A program made the translations under genes and the position numbers. Below the pieces are notes generated by a model, which saw only the letters and a program-made list of their open reading frames with translations, was not told the DNA's origin and searched no databases. From positions 2,848,001 to 2,912,000 of the forward strand of contig OZ242010.1 of the NCBI GenBank assembly GCA_965204745.1: a stretch of DNA of 64,000 nt. Direction: 5' to 3'. The number at the start of each line of letters is the position of its first letter. Positions within the stretch are counted from its first letter, which is position 1. Positions 44,514 through 55,700 of the stretch are shown in pieces. The DNA is from Candidatus Latescibacterota bacterium (GTDB lineage: Bacteria; Latescibacterota; UBA2968).

Positions 44514-45314
44514 TCATCGCCTCTCGCGCCTTCCCTGAACTCGAATCTCATCCCCGCGTTTGATGCCGAGCACGCGGCTTGCACTGCCTCCGCGAATCGC
44601 GATTTCCAACGTGTCCAAGCTGCCGTAAAGCGCGAGGGCGCGCCCCTCTGCGACATTGGCATACGTTTGGTCTATCCGATCAAAACCGGTCTTGCCCACG
44701 GCGATCTCGAAATTCCCATCGGGAAATTTTTCGTCGATACGCGCCCGGGAGATCATCGAGATGGCATTGCCAAAATGATCCACACTGACCACCCGCCCAA
44801 TGAGTGCGTCCGGCTCTTCTTCAACGCGCCACAAATCGCATGTGACCGGATCGTCAATTTCCGGTCCCACCTCGCCACAGGGCACGCCCGTGAGCAAACG
44901 CGCCCCCACCAGCGCGAACACATCGCGGCCGTGAAATGTCGAACTGACCTGCGGACGCATCAACGCCGCATTTTCAATCGCCACAATCCTGCGGACAGAT
45001 TCTTGCGCGTAAACCCATGAAAACAGGCCATTGTCCGGCCCCACATACACAAAGTGCTCGGTTTCAACGACAATGCCCCTGCGGTCGCTGCCCACGCCTG
45101 GGTCAATCACGCCGATGTGTACCGTGCCCGCGGGAAAAAATCCGCATGCACAGCGCATGGCAAACGCACCCGCGACAATGTCCTGCGCCGGCACTCGATG
45201 CGTAATATCCACGATTTGAGCATCGGGCAAACAGGTGAGCACCACGCCCTTCATCGCGGCGACATACCCATCGGAAAGGCCGAAATCCGTTGTCAGGGTT
45301 AGAATTTGGGGCAT
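44514..45314 (-). CDS. SAM hydroxide adenosyltransferase / chlorinase-fluorinase family (DUF62)
   Basis: TLTTDFG, IDPGVG, GPDNG, TFHGRD, DHFGN. Confidence 0.92.
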   Translation of the reverse strand: MPQILTLTTDFGLSDGYVAAMKGVVLTCLPDAQIVDITHRVPAQDIVAGAFAMRCACGFFPAGTVHIGVIDPGVGSDRRGIVVETEHFVYVGPDNGLFSWVYAQESVRRIVAIENAALMRPQVSSTFHGRDVFALVGARLLTGVPCGEVGPEIDDPVTCDLWRVEEEPDALIGRVVSVDHFGNAISMISRARIDEKFPDGNFEIAVGKTGFDRIDQTYANVAEGRALALYGSLDTLEIAIRGGSASRVLGIKRGDEIRVQGRRERR

Positions 45315-45404
45315 GATGAGTTCTCGGTGATCGGGAAAACAAGCGGTCAGTCGTCAGTCGTCAGTCTCAATCCCAAGCGGTTAGCGAGGGTTGATCGTTG
45401 CCTT

Positions 45405-46649
45405 TCACCTTTGGCAAACCACGATGTTTTCCTCGTTCATCGTCACCGCGGTTTTGCCCACAATGTTGGATGGGCTGTTCTTTTTGGGCATGCGTTTGTT
45501 CGGGATATTCCGAACAATGGTTTCCCGATGCGAAAATCCGTGCTGGCCGAACGCGAAAATGACAAACTCGTCTGTGGGAAGGGTCGCGTTTTTCACCCTG
45601 CGATTGCCGACCACGTAGCAAATCGTCGCCCGCTTTGAAAGCACGGCGGCCACAGTATTGATGCTACGCTCGAGATCGACGTAAAACGCCTCGACCTGGC
45701 GTGCCCGTTTTTCATCCGCAGAACGGATTTCTGCGATGGCACGGGCAACCGGGGAATCGCACAATTTTCTCGTGGTATTGCTTCCGCCCATGGAAATGCG
45801 GTCAACTTTTCGCGCATTGTCCAAGCCGATCCATTCGCCTGACAAACGCGAAAATTGCCCGTACGCAACGGTGGTTTGCGAGTCCCCATAAGGCGGAGAC
45901 GTGAGAACCAAATCGAATCCGTCCAGCGGTTGCTTTTCGGGCCATTCGCCATTCGCGGTATTTCTGCTCGACACCAATACCTCGACATCCTTGCGCTGAT
46001 GCAGATACGCCTCCAAACCCCGTCGATTCCTGCACAATTTCTCTTGAAACGCGCCAAAAACATCTATCTCGAAATTTTCCAGCTTCTCAAGCGGGATGCG
46101 GTACAACTTAAACTCGCCCTTTCGCGTATAAGAACATTCCCGAACCGTCTCTGAAAACGCGACCCAAAAGAAATTGCGAATCGCCGCGTCGTCTATGGCT
46201 TTGATGTGATGCCGCAGAAACGCGAGGCATTGCGTAACGCCTTGGGAAAACCAATAATCCAGATTCAGAACATCGGGAACGGGCGCGTCCGGCACGCGCT
46301 TGGAGAACCCAATGCGGAAGATGGCGTCGTCCAACTCCTTCAAGTGGGAATCGAGCGTTTGCAGGGAAATCGGGGTCGCCTTGGCCGCTGCGATCAAGCG
46401 CACGAGGGGGTTGATATCACACCCCAGGCCGTTCATCCCAAAGATGGACGCCTCGACCAAAGATGTACCCGTGCCGCAATACGGGTCGAACAACCACCCG
46501 CCTTCAACGCCATACCGAGTCAATAACTTTCTCGCAATCTGCGGAATCATCATCGCGGGATAGGCGTGGAAACAATGCGTGTATTCCTTGGTATCCGTCT
46601 TTCTAAAATCCCATGTCTCATCCTTGTATTTGCGGTTCACGGAGGTCAT
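45405..46649 (-). CDS. N4-cytosine DNA methyltransferase (motif I before motif IV), apparently orphan
   Basis: HAYPAMM, DPYCGTGT, TSPPY; ggagg RBS before the ATG at 46649. Confidence 0.88.
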   Translation of the reverse strand: MTSVNRKYKDETWDFRKTDTKEYTHCFHAYPAMMIPQIARKLLTRYGVEGGWLFDPYCGTGTSLVEASIFGMNGLGCDINPLVRLIAAAKATPISLQTLDSHLKELDDAIFRIGFSKRVPDAPVPDVLNLDYWFSQGVTQCLAFLRHHIKAIDDAAIRNFFWVAFSETVRECSYTRKGEFKLYRIPLEKLENFEIDVFGAFQEKLCRNRRGLEAYLHQRKDVEVLVSSRNTANGEWPEKQPLDGFDLVLTSPPYGDSQTTVAYGQFSRLSGEWIGLDNARKVDRISMGGSNTTRKLCDSPVARAIAEIRSADEKRARQVEAFYVDLERSINTVAAVLSKRATICYVVGNRRVKNATLPTDEFVIFAFGQHGFSHRETIVRNIPNKRMPKKNSPSNIVGKTAVTMNEENIVVCQR

Positions 46650-46795
46650 AGTATCTTTCGCCTCCTTCCAAAGCAAAAATTTAAGAATCTTGTATCTTCG
46701 GGCAAAAAAAGGTGAGAGGTGAGAGGCAAGACGGGAGAAGGCCAACCCAACCCTCTTGCCTCTTACGCCTTTCATCTTGCCTCTGTTGCTTTTTT

Positions 46796-47488
46796 TCAAA
46801 ACACATTCGCTTCTTTCATACTCAAAAACCGCTCGGATCCGACTATCAGATGATCCAACACCTCGATCCCCATGATCTCGCCGGCTTGCACCATGCGGCG
46901 CGTGAGTTCGATGTCTTCGCGGCTCGGGGTCACGTCGCCGCTGGGGTGGTTGTGTGCCAAAATCACGCTGGCAGCGGATGAGCCAACGGCTGGGGCGAAC
47001 ACTTCGCGGGGATGTACGAGGGAGGCGTTGAGCGACCCGATAGACACGTCTTCGCGGCAGATCACCTGATTGCGCGCATTGAGAAACAGGGCTACAAAAT
47101 GTTCCTTGCGCCGATCCTTGATGTCCGTGAGATGCCCCACCACATCGGCTGGGCTGGTGATCGAAGGCGCGATCCCCATGCCCTGATTGAGGCCGCGTTT
47201 TGCCAATTCAAATCCCGCAATCAATCCCGACGCTTTTGCCCGACCAATGCCTTTGATGGTCGTCAGGGCTTCCAGATCCATGTCCACCAGCGCGTCGACC
47301 GAATAATGCCTGCATATCTCGCGGGAGACTTCCAGCACATTGCGGCCCTCGTACCCGGTTCGCAGCAAAATAGCCAGCAGTTCTTCATCGCGCAATGCCT
47401 CCGGCCCCAACCGCTCGAGTTTTTCCCTGGGCATATCCACATCGGCCACGCCCACAATCCCCCCTCTGTGCTTGACAAAGCCATTCAT
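46796..47488 (-). CDS. radC: RadC (JAB domain) protein
   Basis: PREKL, VHPREVF, HNHPSG, DHLIVG. Confidence 0.95.
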   Translation of the reverse strand: MNGFVKHRGGIVGVADVDMPREKLERLGPEALRDEELLAILLRTGYEGRNVLEVSREICRHYSVDALVDMDLEALTTIKGIGRAKASGLIAGFELAKRGLNQGMGIAPSITSPADVVGHLTDIKDRRKEHFVALFLNARNQVICREDVSIGSLNASLVHPREVFAPAVGSSAASVILAHNHPSGDVTPSREDIELTRRMVQAGEIMGIEVLDHLIVGSERFLSMKEANVF

Positions 47489-47884
47489 TTCGTTCTCCTC
47501 AATCTCGGTGTTCCAATGGTGATGGGTTGCCGGATCTTCCAAGCCCTTGGCAGGCGGTTCACGCGGTTGTTTTGAACATCAGGCAAAATCAGTGCCGTTG
47601 GTCAGAAATTTTACAATCCATTTATTTATAGCGAGTTATGCGTGAAAACGCAGCGCGTCAACACGCCACAATGTTCAACTCGCTTCTCACGAGGTGAACG
47701 CGCTGTTCACCCCACAAAAACAAAAACAGCGAGTATCTCTCGACACGCACCGTCGTTGGGGTAAAGTCAATGCGGTTATCCGTGAAGCATCTACTTGAGG
47801 AGATTGTCTGCCCGATCAGATCGGAATGGGTTGGCGCAGCGCGTTGTCGATTTGAAAGCGCGATAAAATGTATCCCGCACGATT

Positions 47885-48599
47885 TCAGAGCCCGTGTGTC
47901 GCGATCTCGTACATTTCATCTGTGCAGGCCGCGAGTGTTCGCACGAGGGCGGGATAGGGCGCGCCATAACCATCGATCAAGCCAGAATGTTGTCGGTCTT
48001 GTTTGTGCGCGACCAGGTTGGAGGCATCGATCAGGCCGCAATAGTGCCAGCCGACAAATTCCGGACGCGCAAAGGCCCGCCGAAAAAATTCATCGGTCCA
48101 TTCTGCCCGCTGTTCGAGGCTATCGGCCACCGGGCCGTAGGGCCGCGGCATGGTGTCGGTGATCATCGTGAACATTGCCGTCGGATATCTCTCCTTTCCA
48201 ATGTGGGATATCGACAAAAGGAATCGGCAACATATAGGGCATAGATGGCCGTGGGGTATTGACGATAGACAACTCGGTGTGAACGCCGACCGTATTGAAG
48301 CCGTACTGCCGACACGTCTGGAGAAACCATTTCTGGAGGGCAGGCGCGAAGTTGTGGCTGTTCAGATCATCCAAGCCCAAGCGTTTCTTCCATGCCTCGC
48401 GATTGTAGTCCTGCTTCCACAGATTGGGGTGCAGATGGTTGATCCCAAAACTCAAAAACGCATTTCCCTCGGGCGTTACGAGCCACCATCTTTCGTCCTT
48501 CTCGACGCGAAAGAAGCCCGTCGCCTCGAACCTTTTGCCCGTCCAGCCGCCGAATCGATCAAAACCGCCTGCATCTCGGCGCGATTCACGTCTTTTCAT
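47885..48599 (-). pseudogene. Agarase-like (GH50-type) glycoside hydrolase with an internal deletion/frameshift
   Basis: N-terminal DRFGGW...[17 protein letters not shown] and C-terminal PEFVGWHYC lie in different frames, joined near 48170. Confidence 0.65.
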
Positions 48600-48673
48600 T
48601 TTTCTATCTCCATGAGACTCAAATGGAAACAACCGAGTTCAATGCCTGACCGAATCAAAAATTTGTCGCTTGA

Positions 48674-50116
48674 TTAGCGAAAAACGCTTCGACCCTCTCG
48701 CTGATACTTTTCGAGCAATGCTTTGAGTTCCGCGACCACCTCGGGGTATTCCGCATAACAATTGAACCGTTCGATCCTGTCGCGTTGGAGATCGTAGAGC
48801 TCGCCCGGCTGATCGTGGGGTTCGTACCCGCGTTCTTCCTTCAACCACTGGGGCTCGGCATTGTCATCGCCACTCGGCGCGTCGATCAACACCCAGCGGC
48901 CTTTCCGAATGGCGAACTTGCCCCGCATGCTGTGGTGGACAGTCGCCTCTCGGATGGGCGCAGCGGGTTCGTTCAACAGCGCGGGCAGGAGGTCGTAACT
49001 GTCTTCGGCCACATCTGCGGGCAAAGGCGCGCCTGCGATAGCCCCTGCTGTCGCTGTAAAATCGGACAGACAAATCACCTCGTCGCAGACCCTGCCGGGC
49101 GCAACTCGCTCGGGCCATCTGGCGATGAACGGCACCCGATGCCCGCCCTCCCACGCATCGCGCTTTAACCCGCGCAGGCCATCCATGCTGTAGTGATCGC
49201 ATTCGCGGATGCGTCTGTACGCAAAATTTTCCGGGCCATTATCGCTGGTAAAAATAAGCAACGTATTTTCGGCGATCCCCTTGCGGTCGAGCGCGGCCAT
49301 CACTTCGCCCACGGTCCAATCGACTTCGCACACGAAATCCCCGTACTCACCTGCGCGGCTCATGCCCTTAAACTCGTCTGTTGGGACGATTGGCGTGTGC
49401 GGCGCGGTCAGCGGAAAGTACAGGAAAAACGGTTGCTCGTCCGCCGCTTCGATATAGTGAACCGCGCGCTGGGTCAACGTCGGCATCACCGCTTCGAGCG
49501 ACCACTTAGACGCCATCGCGCCGGGAAGCCCGAACATGCGCTCGGGCTTTTCTTCGGTGGGCACTTCCAACAGCCGATCATTTTCAAACCACGTATAGGG
49601 CGGAAAATTGGGCACGTCGTCCCCAAAATAATAATCAAACCCGCAGTCAATAGGCCCGCCCGTGACTGGCTTTTCGTAGTCGATATGCTCGCCCAGCGCA
49701 TACCGCTGATCCCTGTCTAGCACCCCGTACTCAGCGCCCTCGTTGGGCAGACGCCCGTCCTTTGTCTGCCAGTGCCAACCCAAGTGCCATTTTCCAATAC
49801 AAGCCGTGCGATACCCCTGGGCGCGCAACAAAGCCGCCACTGTTGTGCGCCCCGGTTCGATCAAGGGCGGGTCCCATGGCCACAACACCCCGCCTTTTAA
49901 GCGGGTTCGCCAAGCGTATCGGCCAGTGAGAATGGCATAGCGAGACGGGGAGCAAACGCTGGATGGCGCGTGGGCATCCGTAAAACACACGCCTTGCGCC
50001 GCCAGCCGATCCAGATTGGGCGTTGGAATTTTGGACGCTGGATTCTGACACGCCAGATCGCCATAGCCCATGTCATCGGCCAAGATGAAAATGATATTCG
50101 GCTCGTTCTGTGCCAT
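48674..50116 (-). CDS. Arylsulfatase
   Basis: PNIIFILADDMG, CSPSR, GKWHLG, SDNG. Confidence 0.93.
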   Translation of the reverse strand: MAQNEPNIIFILADDMGYGDLACQNPASKIPTPNLDRLAAQGVCFTDAHAPSSVCSPSRYAILTGRYAWRTRLKGGVLWPWDPPLIEPGRTTVAALLRAQGYRTACIGKWHLGWHWQTKDGRLPNEGAEYGVLDRDQRYALGEHIDYEKPVTGGPIDCGFDYYFGDDVPNFPPYTWFENDRLLEVPTEEKPERMFGLPGAMASKWSLEAVMPTLTQRAVHYIEAADEQPFFLYFPLTAPHTPIVPTDEFKGMSRAGEYGDFVCEVDWTVGEVMAALDRKGIAENTLLIFTSDNGPENFAYRRIRECDHYSMDGLRGLKRDAWEGGHRVPFIARWPERVAPGRVCDEVICLSDFTATAGAIAGAPLPADVAEDSYDLLPALLNEPAAPIREATVHHSMRGKFAIRKGRWVLIDAPSGDDNAEPQWLKEERGYEPHDQPGELYDLQRDRIERFNCYAEYPEVVAELKALLEKYQREGRSVFR

Positions 50117-50125
50117 GCGAATTTC

Positions 50126-50365
50126 CTAGCTAAACGAGGGTTTTGGGTGGAGTTCAATCAATAGAATCGTGACAATCGTTGAAACCCATGCGAGAAACAT
50201 AAGGCCAATAAGCCAACGGAAAGACTTATGCATGTGGTCTTCCAGCCTGACAATGTGGGCTTTGATCTCCGTAAGGGCCTTTGTGTGTTCTTCTGCAATG
50301 GCTTCAAGCCTCGTCAGTCTTTCGTTGGTCGTGGCTTGTGACGGGTCGATGAGCGGGATAGGCAT
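50126..50365 (-). CDS. Small coiled-coil protein with a C-terminal TM
   Basis: ERLTRLE...FRWLIGLM; aagga RBS. Confidence 0.65.
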   Translation of the reverse strand: MPIPLIDPSQATTNERLTRLEAIAEEHTKALTEIKAHIVRLEDHMHKSFRWLIGLMFLAWVSTIVTILLIELHPKPSFS

Positions 50366-50498
50366 GGGGTTCCTTTCTTTTTTTGTACTTCAAGCCGGCG
50401 TGCTCGGTCAGTGTGAATCACACCGCTGATCGTCTTTGGCATAGAGACTTGCGGGCCGGTGTTGCAGGATGCGCCACCGTTGACCGTGCCCCAACTTC

Positions 50499-51725
50499 TT
50501 AAAGTTGCAAATTTGTCTGAATACTCGCCACGGCTTGGTCGATATTTTCCCGGTGTCCAAACGCGCTCAGGCGAAAGTAGCCTTCGCCAGCGCGGCCAAA
50601 GCCGGATCCTGGCGTGCCCACGACATGGGCTTCGGACAACAACTTGTCAAAAAAGCCCCAAGACGACATGCCGCCCGGGGTTTTGACCCACAAATAGGGC
50701 GCGTGAACACCGCCAAAAACCGTCAGGCATAGACTTTCGAGACCCGTGCGAATGATGCGGGCGTTTTCCATGTAATAGGCGATCATCTCGCGGCATTCCC
50801 GCTCGCCTTCTTCCGTAAAGACCGACAAAGCCCCGAGTTGCACGATATTCGACGCGCCGTTAAAAAACGTGTTTTGCCGCCTGCCCCACAGCGCGTTCAC
50901 CTTGCCCGGTGCCGCGCCTTCCACGATCAACTCCATGGGCACCACCGTCCACCCCAAGCGCACGCCCGTAAAGCCGGTGTCTTTGGAAAAACTGTTGATC
51001 TCAATCGCACACGCCTTCGCGCCCTCAATTTCGTAAATGCTTTTGGGCAAGTCCGCGTCGGAAATGTAGCCGGCATAAGCCGCGTCGTAAATAATCACGG
51101 CCTTGTGTTCGCGGGCGTAATTCACAAAGGCCCGAAGTTGCGCCTTATTTGCCACCGCGCCCGTCGGGTTGTTCGGGCTACAAATATAGATCAAATCCAC
51201 TTTTTGATCGGGCACATCGGGCACAAAGCCATTGGCCTCTGTACACGGCATATAGACCAACCCCTCATACTGATCGTCGACAGCCTCGCCCGTGCGCCCG
51301 GCAATCACATTGCTTTCCACATACACGGGATAGGCCGGATCTTGCACCGCGATCACATTGTCGATGCCAAAAATTGACTGGATATTCGCGGAATCCGATT
51401 TGGCCCCGTCGCTCACAAACACCTCGGACGCATCGAGTTCCACGCCGTATTTTGCATAGCGTTTGGCCAGGGCCTCCCGCATCTCGGGTTCGCCTTCCCC
51501 GCCATCGGCATAGCCGCGATACGTCTCGACATGTGCCATTTGATCCACGGCATCGTGCAAGCCGGCAATCGCGCTTTTGGGCAGGGGTTCGGTCGTATTG
51601 CCAATGCCCAAGCGCATGACCGCTACGCCTGAATGGGCATCGAGAAACGCCTGCGTGCGCCGTGCGATCTCGGGAAACAAATATCCCGCAGCCAATTTGT
51701 CGTAATGCGTATTAATACTCGCCAT
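50499..51725 (-). CDS. dapL: LL-diaminopimelate aminotransferase
   Basis: GYLFPEI, SDGAKSD, SPNNPTG, SFSK, RLSAFG. Confidence 0.95.
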   Translation of the reverse strand: MASINTHYDKLAAGYLFPEIARRTQAFLDAHSGVAVMRLGIGNTTEPLPKSAIAGLHDAVDQMAHVETYRGYADGGEGEPEMREALAKRYAKYGVELDASEVFVSDGAKSDSANIQSIFGIDNVIAVQDPAYPVYVESNVIAGRTGEAVDDQYEGLVYMPCTEANGFVPDVPDQKVDLIYICSPNNPTGAVANKAQLRAFVNYAREHKAVIIYDAAYAGYISDADLPKSIYEIEGAKACAIEINSFSKDTGFTGVRLGWTVVPMELIVEGAAPGKVNALWGRRQNTFFNGASNIVQLGALSVFTEEGERECREMIAYYMENARIIRTGLESLCLTVFGGVHAPYLWVKTPGGMSSWGFFDKLLSEAHVVGTPGSGFGRAGEGYFRLSAFGHRENIDQAVASIQTNLQL

Positions 51726-51774
51726 TTGCAGGACAATCCTTTCTGAGAAACTGTTTGAATGTATGCCTCACCGC

Positions 51775-52310
51775 GCCACCCTGCCGTGTCTGAATCGCGG
51801 ATTAAACGGATTACGCAGATTACGCGGATTACCCCACACATCCCCACCACCGCTTCATCGTTCCCACTCCGCAGTGTCTTTCGCATCCGCCGCCCCATCA
51901 TCCGTAGGGACAGGCTCCCGTGCCTGTCCTGGGATATAATAAGCTCTCAGCGGTCAGTCCGCAACCCTGCTCATCGGCCCCGTGCGTGCCCGTCCACTCC
52001 CCCCCGCCGTGTCTGAATCGCGGATTGTCGCGGATTACGCGGATTACGCGGATTGCCCCACACCGCCTTACCGCCACAGACCTATCCCCCCGGCCCCCTT
52101 TCCTACAAGGAAAGGGGGAGCGCATGGCTTTCTTGAAGGGTTGCATCCAGGCCTGTTTTGATGGCTTTGGGCGAATGGATCACGCCATGAAATCCAAAAA
52201 CCGCTCGCCATTCCCCTCGGAAGACCGCTCACAGTTCCCCCTTCCTCGTAGGCACAGGCGTAGCCTACAACGAAGCGTAGCGAGTAACGGGGCCAGGGGG
52301 TAGGTCCGAA
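51775..52310. repeat. Mosaic of intergenic repeats (CGGATTACG runs, GTAG-type REP at 51904-51930, hairpin doublet)
   Basis: Large parts are the reverse complement of 58900-59200. Confidence 0.85.
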
Positions 52311-52315
52311 AAAGT

Positions 52316-52354
52316 AAAGCCCGGGGTCATTGCGCCTCCGGGCTTTTGTTTTTT
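52316..52354. terminator. Bidirectional terminator
   Basis: aaagcccgg...ccgggctttt. Confidence 0.7.
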
Positions 52355-52371
52355 CGCGTCTTTCGCAGTTG

Positions 52372-52701
52372 TCAGCCTGTCGAGCCAAAGTCGGCGGCGA
52401 AGATGAGGAAATCGGAGAATCCAATCTCGCCATCGCCATTGAGATCGCACTGGGCGTCATATCGCTCCTGACCGAGTCGCGAGCCGAACTTGCTGGCAAA
52501 GGTCAAGAAGTCGGCGAAATTCGCATTGCCATCGCCATTGTCGTCCGTTGCGGTCAGCGTGTAGGTCGTCTCGTCCATGGCCTTGATCGGTATGCCGGAC
52601 TGCGCGAAGGTCGGCATCGGATCGGCTGTCACAGAGAGGATGAACATGAGATGCACTTCATCGCCATCTTCATCTGTGGCGGTCAGGGAACAGGCTTTCA
52701 T
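52372..52701 (-). pseudogene. Remnant of an Ig-like plus dockerin-like C-terminus
   Basis: TLTATDEDGD, FADFLTFASKFG, DLNGDGEIGFSDF; no signal peptide. Confidence 0.65.
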
Positions 52702-55700
52702 TGGAAGTGGGAGGCGGGATAGAGGCTTCGGATGTAGGGTTCAATTTCTTGAGCGGTCGTGCGCGTAGCAGTTGGCTCGATGACGTTCCCTCTGACGAGG
52801 GCCTCGTTCCGGAAGAAGAGGACATATCGAATGATCAGGATTATATCCGAGAACAGCCTCACATCGCCATCGCCATCCACATCGAGAATGTTCTGATTGA
52901 CCAACGTGTCGAGGTAGGGTTCAATTTCTTGAGCGGTCGTGCGCGTGGCAGTTGGCTCGATGACGTTCCCTCTGAGGAGGGCCTCGTTCCGGAAGAAGAG
53001 GACATATCGAATGACCAGGATTATATCCGAGAACAATCTCACCCGGCCATCGCCATCCACATCCAAGTTGGCACTCGGGGTTTCGTCATCGATAATCGTC
53101 CCGGTGCCTTGCGCCGTGCTTATGGTCGCATTGGTCGCACTGCTCAGCGTCACGATCACGGTCTCGTTCTGCTCATCATCCGAGTCGTCGGTCACAGAAA
53201 CAGGGATGGTCTGGATGGTATCGCCTACCGCGAAGGTCAGGGTCCCTGCGGTGAGCGCGGTGTAATCGGTCCCCGAAGTCGCGGTGCCCGTGCCCGCGTC
53301 TGCATACGCCACCGTCACCTGTGCCGTGTGCGCCGGGCTTAGGTACACCCGAAAGGTCAGGGTCGCGCCGGTCGCGCCTTCAATCACGCTGGGCGAACCG
53401 ATACTCAGCGCAGGCATGCCATCGTCATCGATAATCGTACCGGTGCCGGTGAGGCTCGTAGCCCCGCCATCAAAGGTGGCATTGACCGCGTTGCTCAAAG
53501 TCACGATCACGGTCTCGTTCGGCTCATCATCCGAGTCGCCGGTCACAGAAACAGCGATGGTCTGGCTGGTCGTGCCCGCCGCGAAGGTCAGGGTCCCCGC
53601 GGTAAGCGCGGTGTAGTCCGTCCCCGAAGTCGCGGTGCCCGTGCCCGCGTCTGCATACGCCACCGTCACCTCTTTGCCGCTCACCGCATTCAATCTAACG
53701 GTGAACGTCAGGGCAGTGCCCTCAACCGCACTCGGCGAACTAATCGAGAGCCTCGGCGGCGCGTCATCATCGGTGATCGTCAGGGTCTCGGAAGATGATA
53801 GCACCGCCATATTGCCACCCGTCACCGTTGCAGACACGGTCACTTCCTTGTCAGGCGCATCGGTCGTATCGTTCACCGAGGTGATCGTCACGGCGCCCGT
53901 GCTCGTCGTCACATTCGCCGCGAAGGTCAGCGTGGTCGCGGTCGATAGCGTAAAATCGCCCGCAACCGCAGGCGACACAGCCATCGCTGAAACCGTGACC
54001 GTCGTCGCCGTGGTTGCGATGCGATCCAGCGTCGCCGTGATCGTGGAAACCTGGGCATTCTCCGTAATCGACGCAGGAGTCAAAACCAACGTCACGTTCG
54101 GCACGTCGTCATCGACAAGCGTCAGCGTCACATCAGTGACCGATCCCGTGCCTACGCTGTTGGTTGGCGTACTCGACACGGTCACCGTCTTGTTCCCCGT
54201 AGCATCGGCGTTATTCACCCCTGTGATCGTCACGGTGCCCGCGCTCATCGTTTGTCCCGCCGCGACGGTCAGCGTGGCCGGCGTGCTTATCGTGTAGTCG
54301 CCCGCAACCGCAGGTGACACAGGCGCCACTGTCACCGTAATCGTCGTCGGATCGCTTGACGTGTGAGACAGGGTCGCGGTCACGGTCGAGATACCGCCGT
54401 TCTCTGAAATCGACGCAGGCGATACAACCATCGTCACGTCCAGCGGGTCGTCGTCGTCCGTCAGCGTCACAGTGCCGGTCACACTACCCGTGCCTTGGGC
54501 GTTGCGCGACATAGCGGACAAGGTCACGACGCGATTAGGCTCGTCTCGGGTGTTGTTCACCGATGTGATGACCACCGTGTCCGACGCGTTCGTCGTGTCC
54601 CCGGCCGCGATGGTGATCGTCGTATCCGAACCCACCGTGTAAGCACCCGCCACAGGACGCACCGTGATCGTCGTCGCCGCGCTTGATGGACGCGAGAGCG
54701 ACGCCGTGACCGTCGCCGCCGCGCCGTTCTCCGAAATCGACGCGGGATTCGGCGTCAGCGTCACCATCGGCGCAAGGTCGTCGTCGGTGATCGTCAAAGT
54801 TGCCCCGGTCACCCTGCCCGAGACTTGGCTGTTGTGCATCACAACGGGCATGGTCACGTCGCGATTAGGCTCGTCTTGGGTATTGTCCACCGCTGTGATG
54901 ACCACCGTGTCCGACGCGTTCGCGGTTTGCCCTGCCGCGATGGTGATCGTCGAATCCGCCGGCACCGTGTAAGCACCCGCCATCGGGCGCACCGTGATCG
55001 TCGTCGCCGCGCTTAACGACCGTGCCAGCGTCGCGGTCACGGTGCTCATCCCGCCGTTTTCCGAGATCGACGAGGGCGTCAGTGACAACGTCACGACCAC
55101 GGGTTGGAGGTTAAATTGCACGGTGGTGTCCATGCCGGCATACTTCAAGGCCGGATACTGATTCATCGCGCCAAAGGTCCACGGATCGTCGTTGCCGGGT
55201 TGTCCGTCTATGTTGGCGTTCCAACTGGAGTAGATGCCGATGTAGTCGTTGGGGCGCTGGAGGTCGGCGGTGGCGTAGCCCGTGCCGCCGGCGCTAGTTG
55301 TACAGCCGGCGCTGCCGCCGGTTACACAGCCGCTGGTTGAGGTGTCATAGTAGCTTGCGGTTACGCCCGCGCCGGCAATCGTCGATCCCAATAACCCACC
55401 GATGGTTGTCGCCGATCCGCTGGATCGGTTAACCCTGCCGGTGGAGTATGAGTTTGTTATGGATCCGGTGCTCGATTGCGTTCCTACTAGACCGCCGACG
55501 CGGTCGGCTCCGCTGACGTATGCGGTGGAGTAGCTTGTGGAAATAGAGCCGCCGGTCCAGCCGGTCAATCCACCAACGTATGAAGGGCCTGTCACATTGC
55601 CGGTGGTGTAGCAGGCGACGATTGCGCCGTGATTGGCTCCGAACAGAATGCCGCTAAAGTTGCCTCCCGTAACATTGGCGTTGGTTGCGCCTAGGGTTTC

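Noticed and set aside
43988-44662. ORFs made of repeat translations (also 23181-23553, 39086-39460, 58555-59239)
   Set aside because: They are translations of intergenic repeat arrays with no RBS or domain evidence
44514-45314. True fluorinase/chlorinase
   Set aside because: It keeps the DUF62-type TFHGRD motif and has no halometabolite cluster context, so SAM hydrolase is more likely
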